Assembly (NCBI GenBank): GCA_965248265.1 | Contig: CBDFJF010000001.1 | Span: 3,114,794-3,178,793, forward strand | DNA: 64,000 nucleotides | From: Candidatus Latescibacterota bacterium | GTDB taxonomy: Bacteria; Latescibacterota; UBA2968; UBA8231 | Reading direction: 5' to 3' | Shown here: piece after piece, positions 46,336 to 54,983 of the stretch | How positions within the stretch are numbered: position 1 is the stretch's first letter | How the letters are laid out: the number at the start of each line of letters is the position of its first letter | Position numbers and translations under genes: made by a program | Notes under the pieces: generated by a model | Database searches by the model: none | The model's input: the letters and a program-made list of their open reading frames with translations, nothing else | What the model was told of the DNA's origin: nothing

Positions 46336-47228
46336 AAACCAAAGGGTTGCCGGACGTGGCGTGGGCGGAGGATGCGGGAGAGGTCGTCACCTACGAAAGC
46401 GCCACCAACAATGTGCTCAAACGCCTGTATCAACATCTGCGCGATCTGTTCCAGGACGAGGGCTTGATCGAAAAGACCATGCTGCGCGAAGACGCCATGC
46501 AGCAGCTGGAGCGCATCCGCTGGATCGCCTCCGACGAGCTGTGGCGCATCATCTACGATGAGGAGTTGGCGGCTGAGGACAAGCGGAGTCAGGTCTCCGC
46601 CCTGTTCGAAGAGCTGAGTTCGCTCCTCGAAGAAAACGGGGAAACGATAGTCAATTCCTTCGCTGAAAGGAGCGAGTCAATGAGCAAACCGAATGCAGAT
46701 GCCGGAGACGGCACTGTCACCCTGACTAAGGCTGAGTTGGCTGAGATCGTCAACGACGCAGCCACCAGTGCCGTTGAGCAATATGAGGAGAAAACGGCCG
46801 CGACGATCGACGAGAAAGTCTCGGAGGGGTTGGCAGACATCACATATAAGACGAAGCGCAACGCCATCGGCATCTACTGCGATCGCCTCAAGGAGCGTGG
46901 TATGGCTCCGGCGCTGCTCGATGAGAGCACCGGCCTGGCGGTGTTCATGGAGCGGTTGGACTACCGGGAGGCCATCACCTTTGCCGAGGGCAAAGAGCAG
47001 ACGGCCCTGGAATTCTTCCAGGAGCTGTTGGGCAATCTCCTCGACGCGGCCAAGGGCAACAAGCTGGTGGTGGAGTTCAAGGAGGTGGGCGGAGCCGACA
47101 AGAGGCCCTCCGATGACACGCAGTCCGATGCCCAAGCCAGGGCGGCAGTCGAATTCGCCGAGAATCGCGAGTTCTACGAGCTGATGGAAGTCAGTGAGGA
47201 AGATTTGGCCAACAGCATCGACCGCTGA
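46332..47228 (+). CDS. Mu-like head maturation protease/scaffold, 5' truncated
   Basis: PQTKGLPDVAWAE resembles the PPAVKGLxDVxFxE motif at the end of this protease domain. An acidic helical scaffold region follows. It lies before the decoration and capsid genes, with an internal AAAGGAG-N7-ATG at 46680. Confidence 0.7.
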   Translation, partial: PQTKGLPDVAWAEDAGEVVTYESATNNVLKRLYQHLRDLFQDEGLIEKTMLREDAMQQLERIRWIASDELWRIIYDEELAAEDKRSQVSALFEELSSLLEENGETIVNSFAERSESMSKPNADAGDGTVTLTKAELAEIVNDAATSAVEQYEEKTAATIDEKVSEGLADITYKTKRNAIGIYCDRLKERGMAPALLDESTGLAVFMERLDYREAITFAEGKEQTALEFFQELLGNLLDAAKGNKLVVEFKEVGGADKRPSDDTQSDAQARAAVEFAENREFYELMEVSEEDLANSIDR

Positions 47229-47296
47229 TAGTAAGCGGTGCGCACTAAAACGATAAACGCGGGCACGGGGCTCACGCTTTGAAGAGGCAAGGATAA

Positions 47297-48091
47297 ATGG
47301 CAGCACTTACGGACAATCGGCAGACCGAACGCCGCGACGGCGACATCCTCCAGCTGGAAGGCGGTATCGACATCGTCTACCGCGGCGGTATGGTCGCCCT
47401 CGACACGGCAGGGTACGCCGTCGCCGCCCAGGACACCGCGTCCTTCATCTTCTCGGGAGTTGCCTGGGAGAAGATGGACAACTCGGGCGGCTCGAACGGC
47501 GACAAAGAGGTACGCGTGCAGCGCAGCGGCCTGTTCTCGTTTGCCTGCACCGGCATGGCGATCACGGACATCGGCAAGCGGGTGTACGTCAGCGATGACC
47601 AAACCGTCACGCTCACACCCGGCAACGTTTACTGTGGCATCATCGCCCAGTTCGTGTCGTCCACCGAGGTCCTCGTCGACATCGGGCCGGCCGTGCAGGC
47701 GGCATTGGGCGACAAGATCATCGCTTCGGGGAGCTTGAGCACGTTCGTCGGCGAGAGATTCGGGCACATTTTCACCGTTCCGGCCGGCCGAAAAGCAACA
47801 CTGCTGGCAGGCAAAGTCTTGGCGATGGTGAAGCCGAATTACGCCACCGACGAGCTGCTGAACGTATACAAGTACGACCTGTCAGGGACCGCCGAGAAGC
47901 AGCAGCTGTCCGCCGCCGACTACGATGTAGACGGGCTCACGGCCAAGCAGGCGGCCGATCTGACACTGACGGCCACGGCGGCTGATCTGGACGGTGATCC
48001 GGGCGACGCATGGTACTTCGCCGTCAACTGCACCGGGGCTGAGACCACGGCCGGTGACATCGGAGTCACGCTCGAGATCGCCCTGAACTAA
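47297..48091 (+). CDS. Capsid decoration/cement protein with C-terminal extension
   Basis: MAALT.NR.T..RDG...VY.GGMV...GYAV...GVA.E..DNSGG.NGD..V.V.R.G.F...DIGK.VYVSDDQTV, typical of the gene before Mu-like gpT. Confidence 0.7.
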   Translation: MAALTDNRQTERRDGDILQLEGGIDIVYRGGMVALDTAGYAVAAQDTASFIFSGVAWEKMDNSGGSNGDKEVRVQRSGLFSFACTGMAITDIGKRVYVSDDQTVTLTPGNVYCGIIAQFVSSTEVLVDIGPAVQAALGDKIIASGSLSTFVGERFGHIFTVPAGRKATLLAGKVLAMVKPNYATDELLNVYKYDLSGTAEKQQLSAADYDVDGLTAKQAADLTLTATAADLDGDPGDAWYFAVNCTGAETTAGDIGVTLEIALN

Positions 48092-48163
48092 AGGGGCCAT
48101 CCGTAGAAGAGAGTTTTTCAATCGCAGCCGCCACGGGGGACGGCTTTAGCAAGGAGATGAAAC

Positions 48164-49099
48164 ATGGCAGTTGTTGATCCTGTAGTCCTCGAAAAAGGTC
48201 TGAAGGCGACCTTCTATCGGGCCTACGAGGCAGCCACCCCCATCTATCCTGACATCTCCACTGAGGTTCCGTCCTCGGCGGATCAGGAGAAGTACGCGTG
48301 GCTCGGTACGGCCCCGACGATGCGGGAGTGGGTCGATGAGCGGGTTCCCAAGGGACTGCTCGATCATTCCTACACCATCGTCAACAAGCACTACGAAGCC
48401 TCCATCAGCGTCGACAAGGACGATTTGGAGGACGACCAGACCGGACAGGTCAGACTGCGCGTCACCGACATGGCCCAGCGCACCCGGCGCCATGTCGACT
48501 CGCTGCTGTCGACGTTGATCATCGACGGCGAGTCCACGACCTGTTACGACTCGCAGTTCTTCTTCGACACCGACCACTCCGAGGGTAGCTCAGGGACGCA
48601 GGACAACGACCTGACCTACAACGTGGCCACGCCCTCGGCACCGACACAGGCCGAGTTTGAGGCGGCGTTGCACCAGGCCATCGAGGCCCTGATCGGCTTC
48701 AAGGACGATCGCAACGAGCCGTTCCTGGAGGAATGGCAGTTGAACAGCTCCAACCTCATCTGCATGGTGCCCAAGGAACATCGCAAGGCGGCACTGCAAA
48801 CGACGGAGACGAGCACGATCAGCAACACGGACAACATCCTCAAGAATGTCGCCCGTGTGGTCGTGAATCCGCGCCTGACGAACAACGATCGCTTCTACCT
48901 GTTCTACGTCGGTGCACCGATCAAGCCGTTCATCTTCCAGCAGCGCGCGTTCAATGACGGGTCGCCGATGCACACGGGGATGCTGGGCGACAACACGGAG
49001 ACGGGTTTCATGCGTCGCGAGTGGGTCTTCGGGGTTGATAGCCGCTACAACGTCGGCTACGGCCTGTGGCAGTTCGCGGTGCTGACGACGCTGACCTAA
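48164..49099 (+). CDS. Mu-like major capsid protein (gpT family)
   Basis: VPSS...EKYAWLG..P.MREWV.ER, Y.I.NKHYE.SI.V...D.EDD..G, CYD.QFFFDTDH, KPFIFQQR, FGVDSRYNVGYGLWQFA. Confidence 0.93.
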   Translation: MAVVDPVVLEKGLKATFYRAYEAATPIYPDISTEVPSSADQEKYAWLGTAPTMREWVDERVPKGLLDHSYTIVNKHYEASISVDKDDLEDDQTGQVRLRVTDMAQRTRRHVDSLLSTLIIDGESTTCYDSQFFFDTDHSEGSSGTQDNDLTYNVATPSAPTQAEFEAALHQAIEALIGFKDDRNEPFLEEWQLNSSNLICMVPKEHRKAALQTTETSTISNTDNILKNVARVVVNPRLTNNDRFYLFYVGAPIKPFIFQQRAFNDGSPMHTGMLGDNTETGFMRREWVFGVDSRYNVGYGLWQFAVLTTLT

Positions 49100-49135
49100 A
49101 CCAGGACGGCGCAGTAGCGGATTCGAAAGTTCATG

Positions 49136-49169
49136 AGGGATGCGATCCCTGTGATGGGGTCGCATCCCT
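49136..49169 (+). terminator. 14-bp hairpin downstream of the major capsid gene (terminator or mRNA stabiliser)
   Basis: AGGGATGCGATCCC-TGTGAT-GGGGTCGCATCCCT, with a weak U-tract. Confidence 0.55.
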
Positions 49170-49196
49170 TCACCCATATCAACGAAGAGGTTTGGA

Positions 49197-49682
49197 ATGG
49201 TCATACACAGACTGACACTGGCACAGTGGCCGGACGGCCGCTTCCGCAGGGGGGGGTTGGAGTTTGCGACCGGCCAACCCGTGTTCGTCGAAGGGCTCAA
49301 TGTGCGCCTGGAGGAAGAGCTGAAAAACCCAGGCACCGGACTGGGTTGCACGGAAGTTGAGCTGGAGGAAGTACCCGGAGACGCCACGATCCTGCAGTGG
49401 GAGCCGGACGCGGACGACAAGAGTGGCGTCCGGGGTGAGTGGGTGCCCTGGGTGGCTCCGTTCGTCGAAGAAGAGGAAGATGAAGAAGACGACGCCAATG
49501 CAGACGAAGCCGGTCGTGATGACTCCATAGGCGACGCGATCGTGCTCGAGGAGGGCTGGCAGGACAAGCCCATGAACGATCTGCGTGAGATCGCTGCGCA
49601 GGTCGGTGTCGAGGCGCCATTCGGCGTCACCAAAGAGCAGTTGGTCGAGAACATCGCACAGGCGACGGATGGCGAAGAATAA
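49197..49682 (+). CDS. Phage protein, HI1506-like N-terminus plus Rho-N/HeH-like C-terminus
   Basis: FRRGGLEF motif, acidic linker, MNDLREIAAQVGV....TKEQLVE.I. It follows the capsid gene. Confidence 0.65.
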   Translation: MVIHRLTLAQWPDGRFRRGGLEFATGQPVFVEGLNVRLEEELKNPGTGLGCTEVELEEVPGDATILQWEPDADDKSGVRGEWVPWVAPFVEEEEDEEDDANADEAGRDDSIGDAIVLEEGWQDKPMNDLREIAAQVGVEAPFGVTKEQLVENIAQATDGEE

Positions 49683-49953
49683 CGGGGCCGCGCGCCCCGC
49701 ACGGGGGCAATCTGATGGCGGCGGCGAACAAGCCGTCGTCGATCAGCTGGTCATCGCCACGGTCGTAAACCCGGATGGGTCGCAGGGGATCATCGTGCAG
49801 TTGACGGAAGGACTGCAGGCGGACATGGTGCGCGCGTTGGGATTTGCTGAGCTGGGCAAGACCTACATCACTGACATGATGAAGCAGCCTCAGCCCAAGA
49901 AGAAGAGCAGCATCGTCCCGGCGCGCTTCATCCCAGAAATCCTCAAGCGATAG
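49669..49953 (+). CDS. Hypothetical phage protein
   Basis: ATG 49669 overlaps the upstream gene end and the ORF fills the gap to 49957. Codon usage is phage-like. Confidence 0.6.
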   Translation: MAKNNGAARPARGQSDGGGEQAVVDQLVIATVVNPDGSQGIIVQLTEGLQADMVRALGFAELGKTYITDMMKQPQPKKKSSIVPARFIPEILKR

Positions 49954-49956
49954 CCC

Positions 49957-50448
49957 ATGCCTAGCTACACCACCACCACTGACGTGGAAGCCCTGCTTCC
50001 CGACACCTTGCCGACCTCGATCACTGCGGCCGACAAGACCAAGTGGGTGACGGACGCCTCGAAGATGGTGGATGGCATGGTCGGCACGCGGTTCCCGATG
50101 CTGTCGACGAATCAGAAGTTCGCTGATGTCACGGATACGCCCGCTTGGATTGAGCTGTGTGCGCGGTGGCTGGGTGCCTACTTCGGATTCCTCAAGCTGC
50201 GCGAGATCAACAAGTCGGCCAAGAATCCGGGGCAGGGGGCCACCTACTGGAAGATGGCTCATGATGCCTTGGAGTCGATCCGCGATGGCAAGATCGACAT
50301 CTACGACAGTGCGGGCGCGGATCTGGCCTCTTCCTCGGTGGCGTGGTCCAGCACGGACGGCTATGACGCCGTGTTCTCACGCGGGGCTTACAAGGACAAT
50401 GTGCTGCAGGGGGACGCTGGCACGCTAGACGATTTCGGATTGAACTGA
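49957..50448 (+). CDS. Head-tail adaptor (Mu gp36/DUF1320-like)
   Basis: Y.T..DV, DAS..VDG.VG.RF, P..I..C...L.AY, Y..A...LE.IRDGK. Confidence 0.7.
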   Translation: MPSYTTTTDVEALLPDTLPTSITAADKTKWVTDASKMVDGMVGTRFPMLSTNQKFADVTDTPAWIELCARWLGAYFGFLKLREINKSAKNPGQGATYWKMAHDALESIRDGKIDIYDSAGADLASSSVAWSSTDGYDAVFSRGAYKDNVLQGDAGTLDDFGLN

Positions 50449-50963
50449 TGCCCCTAAAAATCAAGATCACGCACACCCAGATGGACCAGCAAGAGGTGCG
50501 GCTCAAGCAACGGCTACGACAGCCGCGCGCCCTGTTGCGGCGCATCCACACCTACATGATCGGGCGCACGGCGATGATGTTCAGGCGCTTGGCGCACGGG
50601 GGCACCTTCCGTGGTGTGACCTGGGACTTCTACAAGCCTCAGTATCGACGCAGCGACGGGGTCGAGGTGCCGGCTTGGGGGGGCGTGGGCAAGCTACGAG
50701 GCTCAGGGACCGTGCGTGGGCGACGCCGACCCTCAGGACGTCGAATCACACCAGCTTCCAACCTGTTGCGCGACACGGGCCGTCTGGCTGCTGCTGCGGG
50801 CGCCTCAGCGAGGTACCGACGCGGCGGCATGAGTCTGGAGATGGTCACGGGCAACGTGGCCTACGCGGCTTATCAGGCCAAGAGTCGCCCGTTCCTGTTT
50901 TTCGAGGTGCCGCGCGACACGCGGGTGTTTGAGGAGATGGCTGTGGAGCACATGGAGAGCTGA
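50448..50963 (+). CDS. Phage virion morphogenesis protein (Mu gpG / P2 S-like)
   Basis: Very basic. LLRDTGRL, NVAYAAYQ..SRPFL. Confidence 0.75.
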   Translation: MPLKIKITHTQMDQQEVRLKQRLRQPRALLRRIHTYMIGRTAMMFRRLAHGGTFRGVTWDFYKPQYRRSDGVEVPAWGGVGKLRGSGTVRGRRRPSGRRITPASNLLRDTGRLAAAAGASARYRRGGMSLEMVTGNVAYAAYQAKSRPFLFFEVPRDTRVFEEMAVEHMES

Positions 50964-51484
50964 TGGCCACAGCCTTCGACAGCAAGAACGCGTTCAACCT
51001 GCTGGAGACGGCCGGGAAGAACTGCGTCCAGGCGGACGCCTGGCTCGGGGATACGGCCAACGTGACCACCGTGCATGAGAAGATTCGCCGGCACGAAGAG
51101 GACCCTTTTGACCTGTACTACGATCACGAGTTACCGGCCATCGGGGTGCTCTGCATCGGCGCTGGCGAAGATGATCGCTCGGCCATGCAGGAGTGGGAGC
51201 ACGGCTATCGACTGCTGTTCGACGTGTGGCACGCGGGGGCCGACTTCGACACCGTCGACCAGGAGTTCAAGAAGATCATGGCCTACCTGCGCCGCCGTTT
51301 GCGGCTGCAGACGTTCGCCACCACGACGCACGCCGAATCGGACCAGCTCGACGGCATCGCCGAGGATGGCGACGTGTTCGTCCTTGACACACCGGACTTC
51401 GACTATTTCGGGCCACAGGAAAACGGGGGTTGGCTTATTCACGGGATCGTCCTGGCGCAGGTCACACTGATCAGCGCGGACTGA
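50963..51484 (+). CDS. Putative tail terminator/completion protein
   Basis: Acidic 173-aa ORF with ELPAI.V, between the morphogenesis and tube genes. TGATG coupling. Confidence 0.55.
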   Translation: MATAFDSKNAFNLLETAGKNCVQADAWLGDTANVTTVHEKIRRHEEDPFDLYYDHELPAIGVLCIGAGEDDRSAMQEWEHGYRLLFDVWHAGADFDTVDQEFKKIMAYLRRRLRLQTFATTTHAESDQLDGIAEDGDVFVLDTPDFDYFGPQENGGWLIHGIVLAQVTLISAD

Positions 51485-51495
51485 GGAGATAACAC

Positions 51496-52563
51496 ATGGC
51501 TACCCTACGCGGCTTCGACCGCAAGTTTTACTTCAGCTACATCAAGTCGCAGGACACCTGGGGCACGGCCGAAGCCGACGCCGATCTGTTTCCGTTCCGG
51601 GTTAACTCCGATCCCTTGACGGTCACGCCTGAGTTCACTGACGACACGGACGAGGTAGGCGGCGCCGAAGAAGCCCAGGCGCAGGAAGAGTTGTCGCGGG
51701 ATGTGTCCGGGCAGCTGGGGCAGAACAAGACGCGCGCGCCGTTTCTGGCCTCGATGCTGGCATACACCCTGGGCTCGGTCACCACCTCGTCTCAGGATAC
51801 GTCAGCCGGTCGCCACATCATCACGCCCTACACGACCGACTATTCCCAGAACACCTTTACCGGCCTCGACCTTCATACCTCCACCTTCTACCAGCTCTAC
51901 CACAACCTGGCCGTCGATAGCCTTGAGTTGTCGACCCAGCGCAAGGGCTGGCTCACGACCAATGCGCAGGTGGTAGGCTCGGGCAAGTCGGCGACCACGG
52001 GCGTCACCGTTGGCAGCCTGGGCGCCGCGCCCACCTATGGTCCCGCGCTCAAGTGCGGTGACATGAAGGTGTTCATCCGGGTGGATGGAGGAGTCACGCT
52101 GCCGGCCAGCTACAACCAGGGCGCCGAAGATCTGCCAGGCCCGGCGACCGAAATTTCGGCGAAGATTCGCAGCTTCAACTACCGCTACAACAATAATCTG
52201 ATCAGCGACGATGCCTATGAGCCGGGCAGCGGCGTCAACCGAGCCAGGGCCGAGCGCGATCGCCGTGGGCAGACGCTGAGCTTCGAGGTCGAGTTCGAGG
52301 ACGCCACCTACCTGGATTATCTCACCGCCCAGAACGTGCTGGGGTTGGAGTTCGACTTCGTCTCGGCCACGTTGGCCGGTGCCGCTACCGTCTACTACGG
52401 TGCCCAGGGGCTGTTCCCGATGGTGAAGCTGACGCAGGCGCGGGTGCAGGGTGGGTTGGGTACGCAGATCGTCTCCTGTGAGGGCTTGGTCATGGACGAC
52501 GGCACCAATCCCACGGTGGAGTGGACGGTATTCGATACGAACCAGACGGGTTATCTGCAATGA
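51496..52563 (+). CDS. Phage tail tube protein, paralog 1
   Basis: Position, T/S/G-rich beta composition, H.ITP, VDSLELS, RSFNYRYNNNL, LSFEVEFED. GAGGAG SD. Confidence 0.7.
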   Translation: MATLRGFDRKFYFSYIKSQDTWGTAEADADLFPFRVNSDPLTVTPEFTDDTDEVGGAEEAQAQEELSRDVSGQLGQNKTRAPFLASMLAYTLGSVTTSSQDTSAGRHIITPYTTDYSQNTFTGLDLHTSTFYQLYHNLAVDSLELSTQRKGWLTTNAQVVGSGKSATTGVTVGSLGAAPTYGPALKCGDMKVFIRVDGGVTLPASYNQGAEDLPGPATEISAKIRSFNYRYNNNLISDDAYEPGSGVNRARAERDRRGQTLSFEVEFEDATYLDYLTAQNVLGLEFDFVSATLAGAATVYYGAQGLFPMVKLTQARVQGGLGTQIVSCEGLVMDDGTNPTVEWTVFDTNQTGYLQ

Positions 52564-52790
52564 TTCTGCGGGAAGTCGTTAACGGCGATAGCACCATTCG
52601 CCTGGAGCGCGAGGAGGAGCGCAACGCGCGCGGCCGCACCATCAGCGCCACCCTGCGCATCAGCATCAATGACGAGACCGAGTGGGAAGGCCCGGACACC
52701 CAGGACTCGGCCGATCAGTGGCAGACCGAGTGGGATCGTCTAACGATGCCGAAGGCGAAGCGTACGCGCAGCAAGAAAGCGAAGGGATAG
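52560..52790 (+). CDS. Small hypothetical phage protein (76 aa) with basic C-terminus
   Basis: ATGA overlap with the tube 1 stop. It ends 3 nt before tube 2. Confidence 0.6.
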   Translation: MILREVVNGDSTIRLEREEERNARGRTISATLRISINDETEWEGPDTQDSADQWQTEWDRLTMPKAKRTRSKKAKG

Positions 52791-52793
52791 CGC

Positions 52794-54026
52794 ATGGCGA
52801 CCAAGCGTGGATTCTCAGGTTGGCGTTCGATCTCGAAGGTGGAGGAATCCAGCTACGACTCGGCGGCCACGATCGCGGCGACCTTCCGCAACGCGGCCGA
52901 TCCGATCACGGAGATGGTGGAGCTGGCCGATGGCACGGAGCTGATCGGCACCGAGGCGGAGGAAGCCGACGAGCAAGATATTCTGGCGCGGCATGCCGAA
53001 GGCGATGAAGACATCCCCAGGGTGCGGCCGCACGAAGTGGCGCTGTACGCCGCTTACCACTTCGGCAACCTGAATCAGTCTCCGGCCAATGAGCCTGCAG
53101 CAGGGTACCGGACGCACACGATCACGCCGTACCCGAAGTCGTTCACCAACGGCGCCCAGGACGGCACCAGCGTGCCGCTGACGAGCCTTACCGTCGAAGA
53201 CACTTCGTCCTTCCCATCGGCGGGTACGATCGTCAACGAGGCTTCTGGTAACGCCGGTGCCTATACCGGCAAGACGGCAACGTCCTTCACGGGTTTTACG
53301 GGTACGGCTACCAACGACAACTGGGCCGACAACCAGGGTCTGCATCTCGAGCAGCCGGACAACGACTATCTGGTTCCGTCCTTCACGGTCCTCGATCACA
53401 TCGGCGCAGCGCTCAAAAAGCAGTGGACGGGATGCATGCTGTCTCGGTTCGAGCTGTCGGCTGAGCGCAAGGGCTTCGTGCGCTTAGGTGGACGCATCTT
53501 CGCCTCGGGTAGCAACACCACGCCAGGCACGGCGCGTCCGGCCGAGATCTCGGAGACCTATCTGAAGATGGGTGATTGCGCCTTCACGATCGCCGGCACC
53601 TTCGACGGCCGCACCTTTTCGGGCGGCACCAACATCAACGCCAAGGTGCGTTCCTTCACCTACGCGTCCGAGTTCGACATCCCGGACGAGTTGGTCTACG
53701 AGCCTTCGGGCGTCGACAAACCAAAACGTGCTGAGCGTGGCCGGCGCCGAGAGAGCTTGAGTCTGGATGTGGAGTTCGACGATGCCACCGAGCGCGATTA
53801 CGTGCTCAATCAGACCAACCTCAACTTGCTGATTCAGATGGTGGGCGCCTCGGGCTCCTATGATGTCAAGCTCATCCTCCCGCAGTTCCGCTTCAACGGG
53901 TTTCCGCAAAGTGGCGGTGTGGGGGTGATGACGTTGAGCCAGGAGGCGGCCGTCCAGCAGCATGCGACCTACGGTCCAATCATGATTCAGGTCGCCAACC
54001 AGCAGGTCGATTACCTGCACGCGTAA
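52794..54026 (+). CDS. Phage tail tube protein, paralog 2, with inserted beta domain
   Basis: Colinear similarity to 51496-52563 (MATxRGF, H.ITPY, ELS..RKG, LK.GD, AK.RSF.Y, YEP, RAER.RR...LS..VEF.D). Confidence 0.7.
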   Translation: MATKRGFSGWRSISKVEESSYDSAATIAATFRNAADPITEMVELADGTELIGTEAEEADEQDILARHAEGDEDIPRVRPHEVALYAAYHFGNLNQSPANEPAAGYRTHTITPYPKSFTNGAQDGTSVPLTSLTVEDTSSFPSAGTIVNEASGNAGAYTGKTATSFTGFTGTATNDNWADNQGLHLEQPDNDYLVPSFTVLDHIGAALKKQWTGCMLSRFELSAERKGFVRLGGRIFASGSNTTPGTARPAEISETYLKMGDCAFTIAGTFDGRTFSGGTNINAKVRSFTYASEFDIPDELVYEPSGVDKPKRAERGRRRESLSLDVEFDDATERDYVLNQTNLNLLIQMVGASGSYDVKLILPQFRFNGFPQSGGVGVMTLSQEAAVQQHATYGPIMIQVANQQVDYLHA

Positions 54027-54129
54027 TGAAACGGGGGAGATTGATGTTGAGTTGGAGGGTGGCCCTGGCCTTTACCGCAGTAACCCCCGTGCCTGCGGAC
54101 CTCCACCTCTTTACGGGGGAGATGGACTG

Positions 54130-54630
54130 ATGGCTTTCGATCTATCGGAAACACGTACCGAAGTGTGCATCTACGAGGAGCGCAGTGGCACCACGCAGAG
54201 CCTGTTCGCGCGCGATCCCACGCCGCAGGAACGGATTGGCTACATGAACGAGAGTGTGTTTCAGGATGGCGGCGTAGTCGTAAACAAGGTGGCCCAGACC
54301 CGGCTCAAGTTCGGGTGCTCGGTGCTGGAAGAGGCTCAAGCGGCGGCCAAGCCTGAAGACAGTGGATACGGATTCTTCAACGAGAAGGGCGAGTGGGTGC
54401 CGCTCACGAGTGAGGTGGAGAAGATTCCGGTCAGGCATAAGGACGTGGTGAAGGAATACACGGAACTGTACGGCCAAGCGTGGTGTGAGTGGATCGGTAA
54501 GCTACCACTATGGAAGCTGTTCCTGTTGGCCAAAGCACCCAGCCACATCGATCGCATGGCCGATGTCATCTTCGAAGGGGCGGCCCGGTACCGGCAGCCA
54601 CAACGCAAGGGAGCGACTGAGGGAAACTGA
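54130..54630 (+). CDS. Tail assembly chaperone (G-like)
   Basis: Lies between tube and tape measure genes. ATG 54130 follows GGGGGAG. Ends in the slippery G GGA AAC TGA. Confidence 0.7.
   Translation: MAFDLSETRTEVCIYEERSGTTQSLFARDPTPQERIGYMNESVFQDGGVVVNKVAQTRLKFGCSVLEEAQAAAKPEDSGYGFFNEKGEWVPLTSEVEKIPVRHKDVVKEYTELYGQAWCEWIGKLPLWKLFLLAKAPSHIDRMADVIFEGAARYRQPQRKGATEGN
54621..54627 (+). promoter_or_regulatory. -1 programmed ribosomal frameshift site (GGGAAAC)
   Basis: X XXY YYZ heptamer in the correct phase. The -1 frame is open from 54621 into ORF 54660-54983. Confidence 0.8.
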
Positions 54631-54983
54631 TCGAGCACCTGAGGGACTGCGTCCATCTGGTGATGGATGAAGACACCTTATGGTGCTCGAGTTGTCCCAT
54701 GATCGAGCAAGTAGAGCATGCAGCCATTGAACAGACCTGTAGAGATTGCCGCGCCAGCGACCAAAACAAGGACGTCGCCTTTCAGGACCCGTACTTCCGG
54801 CGCATCTGGAAAGCGGCCCATCTCAAGGTGGCAGGCGTGCCGGTGATGGACCTGGCAACGACCCTGGACGATGTGTTGGCCATTCACACAGTGGAATCCG
54901 AGATGAAGCGCATAGCCCAAGATCAGGCCGAAGCCCAGGCGCGCAACGACCACGACGATGGTGGAGAGTATGAGGACGAGTAA
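54621..54983 (+). CDS. Tail assembly chaperone frameshift extension (T part of GT)
   Basis: GKLIEHLRDCVHLVMDEDTLWCSSC...CRDC...; its end overlaps the tape measure start. Confidence 0.7.
   Translation, partial: GKLIEHLRDCVHLVMDEDTLWCSSCPMIEQVEHAAIEQTCRDCRASDQNKDVAFQDPYFRRIWKAAHLKVAGVPVMDLATTLDDVLAIHTVESEMKRIAQDQAEAQARNDHDDGGEYEDE

Noticed and set aside
46300-46400. Prophage attachment site or Mu end
   Set aside because: No direct repeat, tRNA, integrase or terminal repeat is seen, and the break lies inside a head gene.
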